From NCBI GenBank assembly GCA_031414595.1, contig JANNVX010000055.1:1-54260 (forward strand): DNA of 54,260 nt, written 5' to 3'. The notes beneath the pieces are model-generated. The model worked only from the letters and a program-made list of their open reading frames with translations. It was not told where the DNA came from and did no database searches. The DNA is from Deinococcales bacterium (GTDB lineage Bacteria > Deinococcota > Deinococci > Deinococcales > JAAFIG01). The position numbers and the translations under genes were made by a program. This document shows positions 39,573 to 49,330 of the stretch, piece after piece. Position 1 is the stretch's first letter; every line of letters begins with the position of its first letter.

Positions 39573-39614
39573 TCTCGAGCGCAACATTTATTTTTCTTGC
39601 TACCATCTAAATAG

Positions 39615-41882
39615 ATGCCTTTCTTTAGCGCCATAAAACGCTTTGTTGTTACCACTCGAGATTTTGGGCTTTTTTTGCTGGCTGTGATTTATTTACTTGG
39701 GGCGGCTCGAGCCGAAACGCTTGAAACCACCAATCTTAAAATTGTGTATGCCTCACATCTCGAGACACAAGCCCAAGAGCTTGCACAAGTTTGGCACAGC
39801 GCTCAGGCTTTGATGCTCGAAGTTTCGGGGCAGCCTTTACCGTCTTTGCTTTGTTTGCAGGTCACACCCTGCGTGGGTTTACAGCTTGACCTTGCCGACC
39901 CTAGCTTACCCAGTGGTTTGCGTGGTCTGGTGGCATGGTTGCTCGAGACGGCGGCTAGACCTCCTCCTGCTTGGTTTCTAACCGCCTTGATTCAGCATCA
40001 AGCTGGTGCAGTGCTGCCCGATGCTCGAGCCGCCGCCAGACGCAGGGCATGGCTAAGCGTCGGGGCATTCCCCAGTTTAACCAATCTCAATTTGAGGGTC
40101 AGTGCTGATGCTTTTGCCACTCGAGCCGAATTTGGCAGTGCTTTTGCGGCTTTTTTGGTTCAGCGCTTTGGGTTAGCCAAACTAAAATTGGTTCTCAAGT
40201 TTTATTACGCCAATTGGAGTTTATCGGATGCTTTTTTAGAAGTGCTTGGGGTGAGTCTCGAGTCATTATTTGCCAATTGGCACAGCTTTGAATTAGAACA
40301 AGCGGCTACAACAGCAACACAATTAAAAAACACTGCCTTGCCTGTGGGCGAGGTCATTGCCACAAATCTTGGCAAAACAGTTTGGTTATCGAACAAGGAA
40401 TTTATCACCATAAAAGGCACAAGTTTATACCGTGGTCAACAAGGAAATCCTCAACTTATGTTACTGGGGAACTTTGCTTACGCGCCCAATAACCTGAGTT
40501 TAAGTGGTGGTGCTTTGGTCTACTCGAGACCACGGGCATTTGGGGCAATTTCAGGCGAGGTTTTTCGTTTTATAAATGGTAAAGAGCAACAACTGACCTT
40601 GGGTGCAAATGCCACTGATGCCGTTGCCGATGGAGATTGTGTTGTCTACATCCAAGCCGCCTCGAGTATCTGGCGTTGGTGTGATGGCATCAACAGTTTG
40701 CTTTGGAAAGCCACAAAGGGTTGGCGGGTGCAGAATTTAGCCGTTGGATATGGAAAAATTGCTATGACGGTTATCCGAGCGGGTGGATATTGGGATATTG
40801 CCATGTTAGACAATGGTATCCTTGGTTTTATCACTTCTGACCTTAGCCATGACCAAACACCACTTTGGTTAGACACCCAAACCCTTGTGTACAGCAGTGA
40901 CCGCCTTGGCACAACCCAACTTTGGAAAGTTCGACTTGGCGAGCATACAAGCCAACAAATCACGGCGGCTCTTGGTGGGGCGTTTGATCCAAGTCTACTG
41001 CCAAATGGTACAATCTCATTCTCGAGTTTTGCTGGGCTTGGCTCAGAAACACGCTTAATGCAAATTCAAACAGGGATTCCAACCTTGCTCGAGGTGTCTG
41101 AGCCACCAATGCCACGACCCAGCACGCCGATTGCCCCAACTTTACTACCAGACTTTGGCATTGCCTTCTCGAGTGGTTTGGGCTTGGAGGCTTTGGGTAG
41201 TAACGGCGCTCTGACCTACCGCATCGCCGTGGGTTACGATTTTTTTGGCACAAACGTGATTGGCACAGATTTTTCGATGCGTTTTGCACCAGTTCAAGGC
41301 TGGCAACTAACCGCCAATGGCAACTTTAATCAAGCTCGTGGTTATCGGCTTTTGGTTCGCGCCACTTGGTACGGTACAGGCGAAGTTTTTGCTGAGCCAA
41401 TCAACCTGATTTTCTCGCCATTTATCACCTTTGAAAATGGTGTTTTAATTGGCTGGCTCGACCTTGGTTTTGGGGCTGGCTCGAGTGACGCATGGGGGTA
41501 TGTGCTGCAAAATTGGCAAGTCTCGAGTCGAATCAACACCAATATGCAGTACAGCCTAGGATTGAATCTTGCCGACATGGTGGCTGGAGCAATTCTTGAG
41601 ACCACTTTGCTGGTTTCTGGCACATATGGCAGCCCGCCTTTGCTTTTAGCGCAATTGAGTCTCCGCTCTTCATGGACAACCAAATGGCGAATCGGCGATG
41701 GAGTTCTTAGTTTTGAACGCTTGACACCGCAAGTTTTCGTTTTAGTCTCGAGCAAAGAAACCAGTGCTGGACTGCAAATTGCTCTTGATGGGGTTTTGAA
41801 TTACAACACTGTTTTTAGTCTGGGTTTTGAAGTCGCGTACTCGAGCCGCAACGCATGGGTTTTTGGGCTTATTTGGCGATGA
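39615..41882 (+). CDS. Putative outer-membrane protein: degenerate peptidase-MA-like domain, PD40/TolB propeller, C-terminal beta-barrel
   Basis: Signal peptide; P.WF...L motif without HExxH; P.W....LVYSSDR.G..QLW and GGAFDP blades; amphipathic strands ending WVFGLIWR. Confidence 0.65.
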   Translation: MPFFSAIKRFVVTTRDFGLFLLAVIYLLGAARAETLETTNLKIVYASHLETQAQELAQVWHSAQALMLEVSGQPLPSLLCLQVTPCVGLQLDLADPSLPSGLRGLVAWLLETAARPPPAWFLTALIQHQAGAVLPDARAAARRRAWLSVGAFPSLTNLNLRVSADAFATRAEFGSAFAAFLVQRFGLAKLKLVLKFYYANWSLSDAFLEVLGVSLESLFANWHSFELEQAATTATQLKNTALPVGEVIATNLGKTVWLSNKEFITIKGTSLYRGQQGNPQLMLLGNFAYAPNNLSLSGGALVYSRPRAFGAISGEVFRFINGKEQQLTLGANATDAVADGDCVVYIQAASSIWRWCDGINSLLWKATKGWRVQNLAVGYGKIAMTVIRAGGYWDIAMLDNGILGFITSDLSHDQTPLWLDTQTLVYSSDRLGTTQLWKVRLGEHTSQQITAALGGAFDPSLLPNGTISFSSFAGLGSETRLMQIQTGIPTLLEVSEPPMPRPSTPIAPTLLPDFGIAFSSGLGLEALGSNGALTYRIAVGYDFFGTNVIGTDFSMRFAPVQGWQLTANGNFNQARGYRLLVRATWYGTGEVFAEPINLIFSPFITFENGVLIGWLDLGFGAGSSDAWGYVLQNWQVSSRINTNMQYSLGLNLADMVAGAILETTLLVSGTYGSPPLLLAQLSLRSSWTTKWRIGDGVLSFERLTPQVFVLVSSKETSAGLQIALDGVLNYNTVFSLGFEVAYSSRNAWVFGLIWR

Positions 41883-42015
41883 TTAAAACTCAAGTAAGAA
41901 TTTTTGCAACACTTTGACATAATCCTCGAGTTGCCGCAGCGTGATTTGCTCTAAAGTCGTATGTGCCAAAGAATTTCTTGAAGGAAAAGAATCACAACGT
42001 ATTATAACGGCTGCA

Positions 42016-44781
42016 CTAATGTGCATCATACCAAGTGTCACCATTGCCAATACCAACACCAAGCGGCACAGACAGCAAAAACGCTTCTTCCATGACGCGC
42101 TGTACCAGACTCGAGACGACTTCTACGTGTTCAATCGGACTTTCTAAAACAAGTTCATCGTGAACTTGCAGCAGTAGCCTTGCGCCGTATGGTTCAAGTT
42201 GCGGCTCGAGGTCAATCATGGCGCGTTTGATAATCCCCGCCGATGTGCCTTGAATCGGCATGTTAATCGCGGCGCGTTCGGCGGCTTCGCGGACATTAAA
42301 GGCTTTGGAACTGATTTCGGGGATGTACCTGCGTCTGCCAAATAAATCTTGGACATAACCGTGTTCGTGACAATGGGCTTTGGTGGTCTCGAGATAATCT
42401 TTGATGCCGGGGTACGCCGCAAAATACCCTTCGATAAAGGCTTTGGCTTGGCTGTGCGAAATACCCTCATCCCTCGAGAGTCGGTGTGCGCCCATGCCAT
42501 ACAGAATGCCGTAATTGATGGCTTTTGCGCCGCGTCGTTGGTCGATACTCACGCTCTCGAGCGGGATATTGAGAATCGCGGCAGCCGTGCGACGGTGAAT
42601 GTCTTCGTTGTTTCTAAAACCTTCGATTAAATTTTCTTCTTGGGTAATGTGTGCCAGAATTCGCAATTCGATTTGTGAATAATCGGCGCTAATCAGCTTG
42701 TAACCTTGTGTAGCAACAAAACCTTTGCGGATTTCACGCCCGATTTCGGTACGAATCGGAATGTTTTGCAAGTTCGGATTGATGCTGCTAACCCGCCCTG
42801 TAGCTGTACCAAGTTGATTAAAAACCGTGTGTAAACGCCCAGTTTTGGGATTGACCATATTTGGCAGTGGCTCGAGGTATGTGCCGCGCAATTTGTTGAT
42901 TTCACGATACTCGAGAATCTGCGCCACAATCGGGTGTTCTTCGATTAAAGGTTCTAACGCCGAAACTGCGGTGCTGCGTTTACCAGTCAGTTTGGTTTTT
43001 TTACCAGAGGCGAGGTTGAGTTTATCGTATAAAATCGTCTCGAGTTGGTCTCGAGAATTAACATTAAAAACTTCTCCAGCAAGGTCATGGATAACACCCT
43101 CTATCTGCTGCATTTTACTTAAAAATTGGCTCGAGAGGGCAGCAAAAAACGGGGCATCTATGCAGATTCCAGTGGCTTCCATCCGCGCCAAGACTTTAGA
43201 AACAGGTTTCTCGAGTTCGGTATAGAGTTTTTCCAGTTCTGGTGCAAGTTCAGCGCGAATAATGCCGAGTAGCGCACGGCTTTGCGCCGCTTGGGTGGCG
43301 GTGTCTTTGCTCCAATCTTCTTGCAGATAACGGTTACAAATCGCTTGTGCATTGTTGTTGTTTGGGTCAAGCACATACGCCATCAAAAGCGGGTCGTCGC
43401 CCGGTTGGGTTTGGGTGGCGATTGCTAGGGCTTTGGCATCGGCAGCGCTAACTTCGCCGCTTGGCATGTAACCTTGCGGCGCAAGACTCGAGCCATTTTC
43501 TGTGGCATACGCCAACTGCACCAGACTCGAGCCAACAGGGTCGTTCGGATTGCCCAAGGTAAACGCCCAGACAGCTTCTTGCGGCGGGCTTGTCCACTCG
43601 AGCAGGGTAATCTCGCGCAGTTTGACTTCGGGGGCGGCTGGAACGCTTGTACCGCGAGACTCGAGCAGGGTTTGGATTTCTTTGAGGACACTGTTCATTT
43701 CAAGGTCACGCAGCAGTGGAATCAGCCGTTCGGTATCTGGCAAAAACTGATTAGCCGCCGTTAAATCCATCTCAAGCGGTAAATCAGTAATAATCCTCGA
43801 GAGTTCCATGCTCAGCACCACATTCATATGGCTGTCTTTGACTTTCTGAACTTCTTTTTTGGGTTCGGCGGTCTCGAGATTATCCAAAATATGTTGCAAT
43901 GTGCCGTTGACCTCGAGTAACTTAACTGCGCCTTTTGGTCCAATGCCTTTTGCGCCCGGAATGTTATCAGAGCTATCGCCTGTCAGCGCTCGGTAATCCG
44001 TCCATTGCTCGACCGTCACACCGTATTTGGCTTTAACCATTTCAGGGGTAATCAAGGTGTCATCCGAGCCAATCACCCGTACCTTATCGGTTAGAAGCTG
44101 GTAGGCATCACGGTCAGAGGTCAGGATATAGGCATCTATGCCTTCAGACTCGGCACGTTTGGCAATTGTGCCAATCACATCATCGGCTTCGTAACCCGCC
44201 AACTCGAGCCGCGTTAAACACATCGCATCGACAATTTCTTTGATGCGCTGAATTTGCTTTGGCAGGTCTTCGGGGGTTTCGGCACGACCTGCTTTGTATT
44301 CGCTAAACATTTCATGGCGAAAAGTCTTGACGGGCGGGTCAAAGACCACAATTACTGCCCCTTCGTTCTTCTTTAAGCCTTCGCGGAGGTGCTTCAGAAT
44401 GGTTTTGATAAATCCATAAATCGCATGGGTTGGTTCGCCTTTGGAGTTCTGTAGCCTTTCCGACCCTCGAGCCAGACCAAAATAGCTTCGGTACGCCAGA
44501 GCATGACCATCCACAATAATCACCCGTTTGGGTTTTATGCCACCACTCATCCGAGGGGCTGGCGGAAGTGGGTCATGGGCTTGTGGTGGGATACCGTGTT
44601 CGTCTGGTTCACTCGAGGTAGATTCAGGTTCTTTCTGGCTCGAGAAAGGCGCAGGGTCTTGGTGACTCGACAGGCTTTCAGGTTCTGGCTCAGGCGAGGT
44701 AAGCAGAGGCTCGGGCAAAACCCCCGTCGCTTGAAGCTCCGTCGCCCCTACGGTTTGAAAAAATAAATCATCTTGGGTCAT
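42016..44781 (-). CDS. polA: DNA polymerase I
   Basis: DGHALAYR, YEADDVIG, GDSSDNIPG, TATGRVSS.NPNLQNIP, DYSQIELR, K.INYG..YG, QVHDEL. Confidence 0.97.
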   Translation of the reverse strand: MTQDDLFFQTVGATELQATGVLPEPLLTSPEPEPESLSSHQDPAPFSSQKEPESTSSEPDEHGIPPQAHDPLPPAPRMSGGIKPKRVIIVDGHALAYRSYFGLARGSERLQNSKGEPTHAIYGFIKTILKHLREGLKKNEGAVIVVFDPPVKTFRHEMFSEYKAGRAETPEDLPKQIQRIKEIVDAMCLTRLELAGYEADDVIGTIAKRAESEGIDAYILTSDRDAYQLLTDKVRVIGSDDTLITPEMVKAKYGVTVEQWTDYRALTGDSSDNIPGAKGIGPKGAVKLLEVNGTLQHILDNLETAEPKKEVQKVKDSHMNVVLSMELSRIITDLPLEMDLTAANQFLPDTERLIPLLRDLEMNSVLKEIQTLLESRGTSVPAAPEVKLREITLLEWTSPPQEAVWAFTLGNPNDPVGSSLVQLAYATENGSSLAPQGYMPSGEVSAADAKALAIATQTQPGDDPLLMAYVLDPNNNNAQAICNRYLQEDWSKDTATQAAQSRALLGIIRAELAPELEKLYTELEKPVSKVLARMEATGICIDAPFFAALSSQFLSKMQQIEGVIHDLAGEVFNVNSRDQLETILYDKLNLASGKKTKLTGKRSTAVSALEPLIEEHPIVAQILEYREINKLRGTYLEPLPNMVNPKTGRLHTVFNQLGTATGRVSSINPNLQNIPIRTEIGREIRKGFVATQGYKLISADYSQIELRILAHITQEENLIEGFRNNEDIHRRTAAAILNIPLESVSIDQRRGAKAINYGILYGMGAHRLSRDEGISHSQAKAFIEGYFAAYPGIKDYLETTKAHCHEHGYVQDLFGRRRYIPEISSKAFNVREAAERAAINMPIQGTSAGIIKRAMIDLEPQLEPYGARLLLQVHDELVLESPIEHVEVVSSLVQRVMEEAFLLSVPLGVGIGNGDTWYDAH

Positions 44782-44840
44782 ACCTTCAGTCTACAAGATA
44801 TTCTGTCTCGAGCGAAACGACCAGATTATTCTCGAGGACT

Positions 44841-44875
44841 CCCTTAACCTTTTCACCTTTTGACCTTTTCACCCT
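44841..44875. repeat. Octamer ACCTTTT[CG] tandem repeat
   Basis: ACCTTTTC ACCTTTTG ACCTTTTC ACCCT; same family as 49271-49330. Confidence 0.6.
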
Positions 44876-44879
44876 GCCC

Positions 44880-45281
44880 TTAAACCCTTCCAAATTTCTT
44901 TTCGGGGGCTGTCCAACGAATCGCTTCCCATTCTGGAGTCAGGTTCATGCGTTGGGCTTGCTTAAACTCGAGACGGGTGGCAATGCTCCAACCCCTATCG
45001 TAATCGAGTTCGTCATTGGTTTTGGTGGCATTTGGAAATAGCGTCCAAATAAACCCTTTTTGACGTAAGGATTTAGCAGCCCTTGGGAAGTAGCCTTCGA
45101 CGTGTTCACGGCTGGTCAAGAATAAAATCACCACGTCAAATAAACCATCCAAGTGGGTTTCGACAAAAATTTCTGGAATCAGCTTAATTCGGGTCAGGAT
45201 TTCATCGGGGGCGTTGCAGACACTGACTGAACTGCCGTGACGAATCTCGAATTTATTGGTTATTGGGGCTTGCGAATTCAT
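44880..45281 (-). CDS. Hypothetical protein (DUF3052-like)
   Basis: NAP, FDVVILF, L...G.IW..FP, D.GW, W.AIRW pattern. Confidence 0.7.
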   Translation of the reverse strand: MNSQAPITNKFEIRHGSSVSVCNAPDEILTRIKLIPEIFVETHLDGLFDVVILFLTSREHVEGYFPRAAKSLRQKGFIWTLFPNATKTNDELDYDRGWSIATRLEFKQAQRMNLTPEWEAIRWTAPEKKFGRV

Positions 45282-46279
45282 ATGACCTCCAAGGCAAATA
45301 CCTTTAATGGGGCTTCTTCGATTTCTGGTACAGGGTAATCTATACCAGACTGTCCAAGCGATTTTAAGAGATTATACCCTCGTTTGGCTTGGTCGAGTCC
45401 TCGGGTTATAGCTTGTTTGAATTGTAAGCGACTGAGCTTGGCGTGGTTGCAGCACACCAGCAGTAAACCATGTGGCTCGAGCAGTTGCACCGCTTGGTAA
45501 ATAAGCTGGTCGTAATTATTAGCCGCCGAAAATCTCGAGTGCTTAGAAGTGGCAAAACTCGGTGGGTCGAGGATAATTGCCTCAAAGGTGTCATTGCGTC
45601 TGGTAAAGCGTTTGAACCATTCAAAGGTGTCGCCGCTAATAAAATCCATGTCTTGCGGTTCGAGGTTGTTTAAGCGGTAATTTTCCTGTCCCCAATCCAA
45701 TACTTTACGAGATAAATCCAGATTGACCACGCGGCTCGAGCCAGCCAGACTTGCCACCAGACCAAAACCGCAAGTATAGGAAAAGCAGTTTAATATGCGG
45801 CTTTTACCGATGTTTTGACCTAGCCAAGTTCGGGTCTCGCGCATGTCCAAAAAAATCCCGACCGATAAATCTCCACTCGGGCGAATCTGGTACTTTACGT
45901 CGCGCTCGAGAACCGTAGTTTCTGGGGTCTCTATGCCCCATGCAGCCGATTGTGGTGCAAGGTCTGGGCGGTGAGTATTGGAGACCACCCGAGCTTCTTT
46001 AGGACGGCGTTTAAGGTAAATACTTTGCGGCTTAAAAACCTTGGCAATCGCCTCGAGCAGTATACATTCTTGATTTTGACTTATGTCTTGGTACAGCGAT
46101 ACAACCAGTACATCAGCAAACCGGTCTATGGTCAGTCCCTCAATGGCATCGCCGTGACCATTGACCAACCTGTAGGCGTTGGTGTCTTGGCTTAACTGCA
46201 AAGGTTTTCGTTTGGTTCTTGCCTCGAGTAACTTCTGCTCGAGTTGTTCAAGATTTTGGATTTGGGCGCTCAAGACCAT
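45278..46279 (-). CDS. Class I SAM-dependent rRNA methyltransferase (RlmI/RlmK-like)
   Basis: YRLVNG.GD...GLTIDRF, GIFLDMRE.R, LNCFSYTCGF, ILDPPSF. Confidence 0.9.
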   Translation of the reverse strand: MVLSAQIQNLEQLEQKLLEARTKRKPLQLSQDTNAYRLVNGHGDAIEGLTIDRFADVLVVSLYQDISQNQECILLEAIAKVFKPQSIYLKRRPKEARVVSNTHRPDLAPQSAAWGIETPETTVLERDVKYQIRPSGDLSVGIFLDMRETRTWLGQNIGKSRILNCFSYTCGFGLVASLAGSSRVVNLDLSRKVLDWGQENYRLNNLEPQDMDFISGDTFEWFKRFTRRNDTFEAIILDPPSFATSKHSRFSAANNYDQLIYQAVQLLEPHGLLLVCCNHAKLSRLQFKQAITRGLDQAKRGYNLLKSLGQSGIDYPVPEIEEAPLKVFALEVI

Positions 46280-46549
46280 ATGGCACAGTCTACACGAAGC
46301 CGTCAGTAACAGTTCAAAAAGCCATATTTTCGCACAGCACAGGTTTATGTGCTACTGTGCTATTTAGCGTATTGATTCATCACGTTTGTGACAGTCTTCT
46401 CGAGAAACACGGCTTGAGTGGTGTTGTCACTGGCAGAGTATTCGGTTTTGCGCGAAGTGCATTTGCGTCTGACACAAGTCAGAGTCACCCCTAGCCCTCT
46501 TGACAAATTAGCTATTGCCGTAGCAAAGTAATGCACGGAGGTAATACAC

Positions 46550-46831
46550 ATGGCAGATCGTATGGGTAAAGCACATCTGGTTCAAGAAGTCGCAGCCAAA
46601 GCTGGCGTGACCCGCAAAGCCGCAGGAGCAGCCGTAGACGCAATGATTGGTGCAGTCTTGGCAGGTTCAAAGAAAGGGCATAGCGTTACGCTACCCGGAC
46701 TCGGTACATTCAGTGTCGTCAAGACCAAAGCTCGGACTGGTGTTAAACCAGGTACCAAAGACAAGATTAAAATCCCGAGTGGCAAACGCTTGAAGTTTAA
46801 GGCTTCCAGCACCCTCAAGGGCAAGCTCTAA
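46550..46831 (+). CDS. hup: Histone-like DNA-binding protein HU
   Basis: GLGTFSV....ARTGVKPGT..KIKIP....FKAS..LK; GGAGG RBS. Confidence 0.95.
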   Translation: MADRMGKAHLVQEVAAKAGVTRKAAGAAVDAMIGAVLAGSKKGHSVTLPGLGTFSVVKTKARTGVKPGTKDKIKIPSGKRLKFKASSTLKGKL

Positions 46832-46843
46832 AAATGGCTTCGT

Positions 46844-46873
46844 AAAAAAACGCCCAGAAAGGGCGTTTTTTTT
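46844..46873. terminator. Bidirectional intrinsic terminator
   Basis: AAAAAAACGCCC-AGAAA-GGGCGTTTTTTTT between convergent genes. Confidence 0.85.
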
Positions 46874-46934
46874 ATCTGTCCAGCGCACCAGTAGACTCAT
46901 CTGTCCAGCGCACCAGTAGGCTCATCTGTCCAGC
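46874..46934. repeat. 25-bp tandem direct repeat (2.4 copies)
   Basis: ATCTGTCCAGCGCACCAGTAG[AG]CTC x2 plus ATCTGTCCAGC, overlapping the stop codon at 46922. Confidence 0.85.
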
Positions 46935-47797
46935 ATCCATTTTTCTAAGGATTTATAATATCCGCCACCCGAGCGCCAACTTACAATCGCTTGATTTAAG
47001 AACGGCAACATATCCGAGTTTTTAGGCAGGGCAAAAACATATTGTTCTTGTACCAGCCTTCCTTCAATTCGGTCTATTGGTGTTCTGCGTCCACGATAAG
47101 CCTCAAAACTTGGGGCATCCAAAATCAGGCTCTCGATTTTACCAGCTTGTAATTCGGCAATGGCTTTTTGATTGGTTTCATAGACTTTTATTTTTGCACC
47201 CAACGGCACAAGGACACGAAAAGCCGCTAAAAAACCAATCGTATTGGCTCGAACCCCGATTTGCTTACCCGTTAAATCTGTGACTTGCTTACCATTACTC
47301 TGGAAAATAAACTTGGTTGGATTACCGCTACGCACTGCAAAAATTTGGGTGTTATCAAAAAATACTTGGCTGTACTGCACATCGGCTCGAGAAGTGACGG
47401 TTAAACCACTGCCAGCTAAATCTGCTCTGCTAACCTTAACAGCGTTGAGTAAACCATTAAAAACTGTGGTTTGCGCCTCGAGCGGCACACCAATTTGGGC
47501 AGCGATGGCTTTGGCTAAATCTACATCAAAACCCACGATTTTGCCTTTTTCGTCGCGCAGGGCAAACGGCGCAAATTGTGGGTCAAGTGCCACAATTAAA
47601 CGCCCTCTGGCGCGGATGCTCTGAATGGTTTTGGAATCTTCTAAGCGAACAGTTGGTGGGACGGCTGGCGTTACAGGCTTGGGTTGAATTGGTGGTAAAT
47701 TACTGGGTGACGTGGTTTGTGACAACCCCAAAGAACCAAGAAATAAAGTCAAACCAAACCAATAAACACGCATCAGCCGCAAGATACCCCAAGCCAA
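46922..47797 (-). CDS. Amino-acid ABC transporter substrate-binding protein (family 3)
   Basis: I.ARGRL.VA....FAPF......IVGFDVDLAKAIA..IGV. Confidence 0.88.
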   Translation of the reverse strand: MAWGILRLMRVYWFGLTLFLGSLGLSQTTSPSNLPPIQPKPVTPAVPPTVRLEDSKTIQSIRARGRLIVALDPQFAPFALRDEKGKIVGFDVDLAKAIAAQIGVPLEAQTTVFNGLLNAVKVSRADLAGSGLTVTSRADVQYSQVFFDNTQIFAVRSGNPTKFIFQSNGKQVTDLTGKQIGVRANTIGFLAAFRVLVPLGAKIKVYETNQKAIAELQAGKIESLILDAPSFEAYRGRRTPIDRIEGRLVQEQYVFALPKNSDMLPFLNQAIVSWRSGGGYYKSLEKWMLDR

Positions 47798-47868
47798 GAT
47801 GTGAAATTGGTCATTGCTCTTAAAATTTGTACTTGCCTGATTCTACACTCGAGCGGTAATCTAGTGCT

Positions 47869-48120
47869 ATGAATGATTTGTTTGACGATGCCAGCCCGAT
47901 TCCCGAAACACGGGTGCTGCGCGAACAACTCGAGACGCTGGGTAATCAATTGGTCTGGAAAATTGGTAAGGACGAAACCTCAGAACGTGTCATTGTCCGC
48001 GTGGGTTATGCCAATGCCACCCAGAGTTTTAGGGATTTACCAAAATTGCGCGGCGCAACCGACCAAGAAATTGCTGCCGCCGCCAAAGACAACGAAATAA
48101 CAGTTGAGTGGATCGAGTGA
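47869..48120 (+). CDS. DUF3248-like Deinococcus-Thermus protein
   Basis: LG..LVWKIGK.E.....IVRVGYA.AT..F..LPKLR...D.EI........VEWIE. Confidence 0.75.
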   Translation: MNDLFDDASPIPETRVLREQLETLGNQLVWKIGKDETSERVIVRVGYANATQSFRDLPKLRGATDQEIAAAAKDNEITVEWIE

Positions 48121-48590
48121 AGATAGAAACCGCAAAAAACTTTATTCTCGAGTATCCGAGTTCGCTTTCAGAAGCCATTTTGTACTTGTGTGACGTGCAG
48201 AAAAGTCTGAGTCATGTGCAATTTATTAAAGGCTTACGGCTCGAGCAGAACCATGTTTACGCCGACCTTGTGGTGGAAGTGCCTGTTTTGGGTACACAAC
48301 GCCTCGATTTTCATTCGGTTCTCGAGCCGCACAGCACTGGTGCAAACCTGATTGCCCAACCTTTGCAGGGTAGGGCATGGGCAGAAGTATCTGGGCAGGG
48401 GAGGGCTGTGCAAATTAACGAGCGAGTTGAAATTCATTATGCCTTGCAAATTATTGTGCATCTCGAGTTACCGAGTGCCGACAAATGGGGCGGACGTGCC
48501 TTTGAAAAAATGGCTCAAGCCACCGCTAAAACCGCGATTGAACGCATGACAAAAGAATTCGGGCATGGTGTGCAAATGGGAATGGGGTAA
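48117..48590 (+). CDS. DUF3809-like Deinococcus-Thermus protein
   Basis: VPVLG...L.FHS.L, WAEVSG.G, LP...KWGGRAFEKM..ATA. Follows the DUF3248-like gene; GTGA-coupled start assumed. Confidence 0.7.
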   Translation: MKIETAKNFILEYPSSLSEAILYLCDVQKSLSHVQFIKGLRLEQNHVYADLVVEVPVLGTQRLDFHSVLEPHSTGANLIAQPLQGRAWAEVSGQGRAVQINERVEIHYALQIIVHLELPSADKWGGRAFEKMAQATAKTAIERMTKEFGHGVQMGMG

Positions 48591-48604
48591 AGGTTTTCTC
48601 AACC

Positions 48605-49261
48605 TTACTTTCTCGCCACAAACCGCTTGGTGATGTCTCGAGGATTGGTGATGGCAGTCCCCACCACAACACCGCTTGCACCTAAGCTAAAAGCTCTTGC
48701 GACCTGTTCTGGTGTCCAGAACCGCCCTTCAGCAACTACAGGTACGCTTACGTTCTGGCAAATTTGCTCGAGTAGGGCAAAGTCTGGTTCGTTGGTCTTT
48801 TGGGCTTCGGTTTCTGGGGTGTAGCCTGCCATTGTGGTGCTGACCACATCTGCCCCAAGCGCGGCGGCTCGAGTTGCATCTTGCAGCGTGGCACAGTCGG
48901 CAAAGACCTTTTTACCTTGGGCGTGAATTGCCCTAAATAATTCCTCGAGTGGCACTGGACGCGGGCGGTGGGTCACATCGAGCGCAATATAATCCGCTCC
49001 TGCTGCCACAATTTCTTCAATGCTGGCAAAATCTGGGGTGATGTAGACTTCAAAACCAGCCACATCTTTTTTAAGTAGCCCAATAATCGGTTTATCGGTA
49101 ATCTGCCGAATGGCAACAATATCTGGCGCACCATTGGCGCGAATTGCATCTGCCCCACCTTGCAAAGCCGCCAATGCCATTGCCTGCATGTAAACACTAC
49201 CCGTTAAAGGGTTATCGTCTCGAGCTTGGCAGGACACAATCAAAACTGGTTTCTTAAACAT
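48605..49261 (-). CDS. nanE: N-acetylmannosamine-6-phosphate 2-epimerase
   Basis: LIVSCQA..DNPL, PIIGL.K, VYITP, TTMAGYT, AEGR, VVVGTAITNP. Confidence 0.95.
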   Translation of the reverse strand: MFKKPVLIVSCQARDDNPLTGSVYMQAMALAALQGGADAIRANGAPDIVAIRQITDKPIIGLLKKDVAGFEVYITPDFASIEEIVAAGADYIALDVTHRPRPVPLEELFRAIHAQGKKVFADCATLQDATRAAALGADVVSTTMAGYTPETEAQKTNEPDFALLEQICQNVSVPVVAEGRFWTPEQVARAFSLGASGVVVGTAITNPRDITKRFVARK

Positions 49262-49270
49262 AGGGGCTTA

Positions 49271-49330
49271 GGTTAAAGGGTAAAAGGGTGAAAAGGTTAA
49301 AGGTTAGTCTTCTTTTATCCTTTTCACCCT
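49271..49330. repeat. Octamer repeat cluster arranged as an inverted repeat
   Basis: AGGGTGAAAAGG...CCTTTTCACCCT with extra degenerate AAAGG[GT] units. Confidence 0.6.

Noticed and set aside
46300-46500. Several imperfect hairpins upstream of HU
   Set aside because: No recognisable riboswitch or ncRNA consensus; stems are short or imperfect.
46874-46934. Possible mini-CRISPR
   Set aside because: Repeats are contiguous with no unique spacers, and no cas genes are present. The same applies to 51207-51264.
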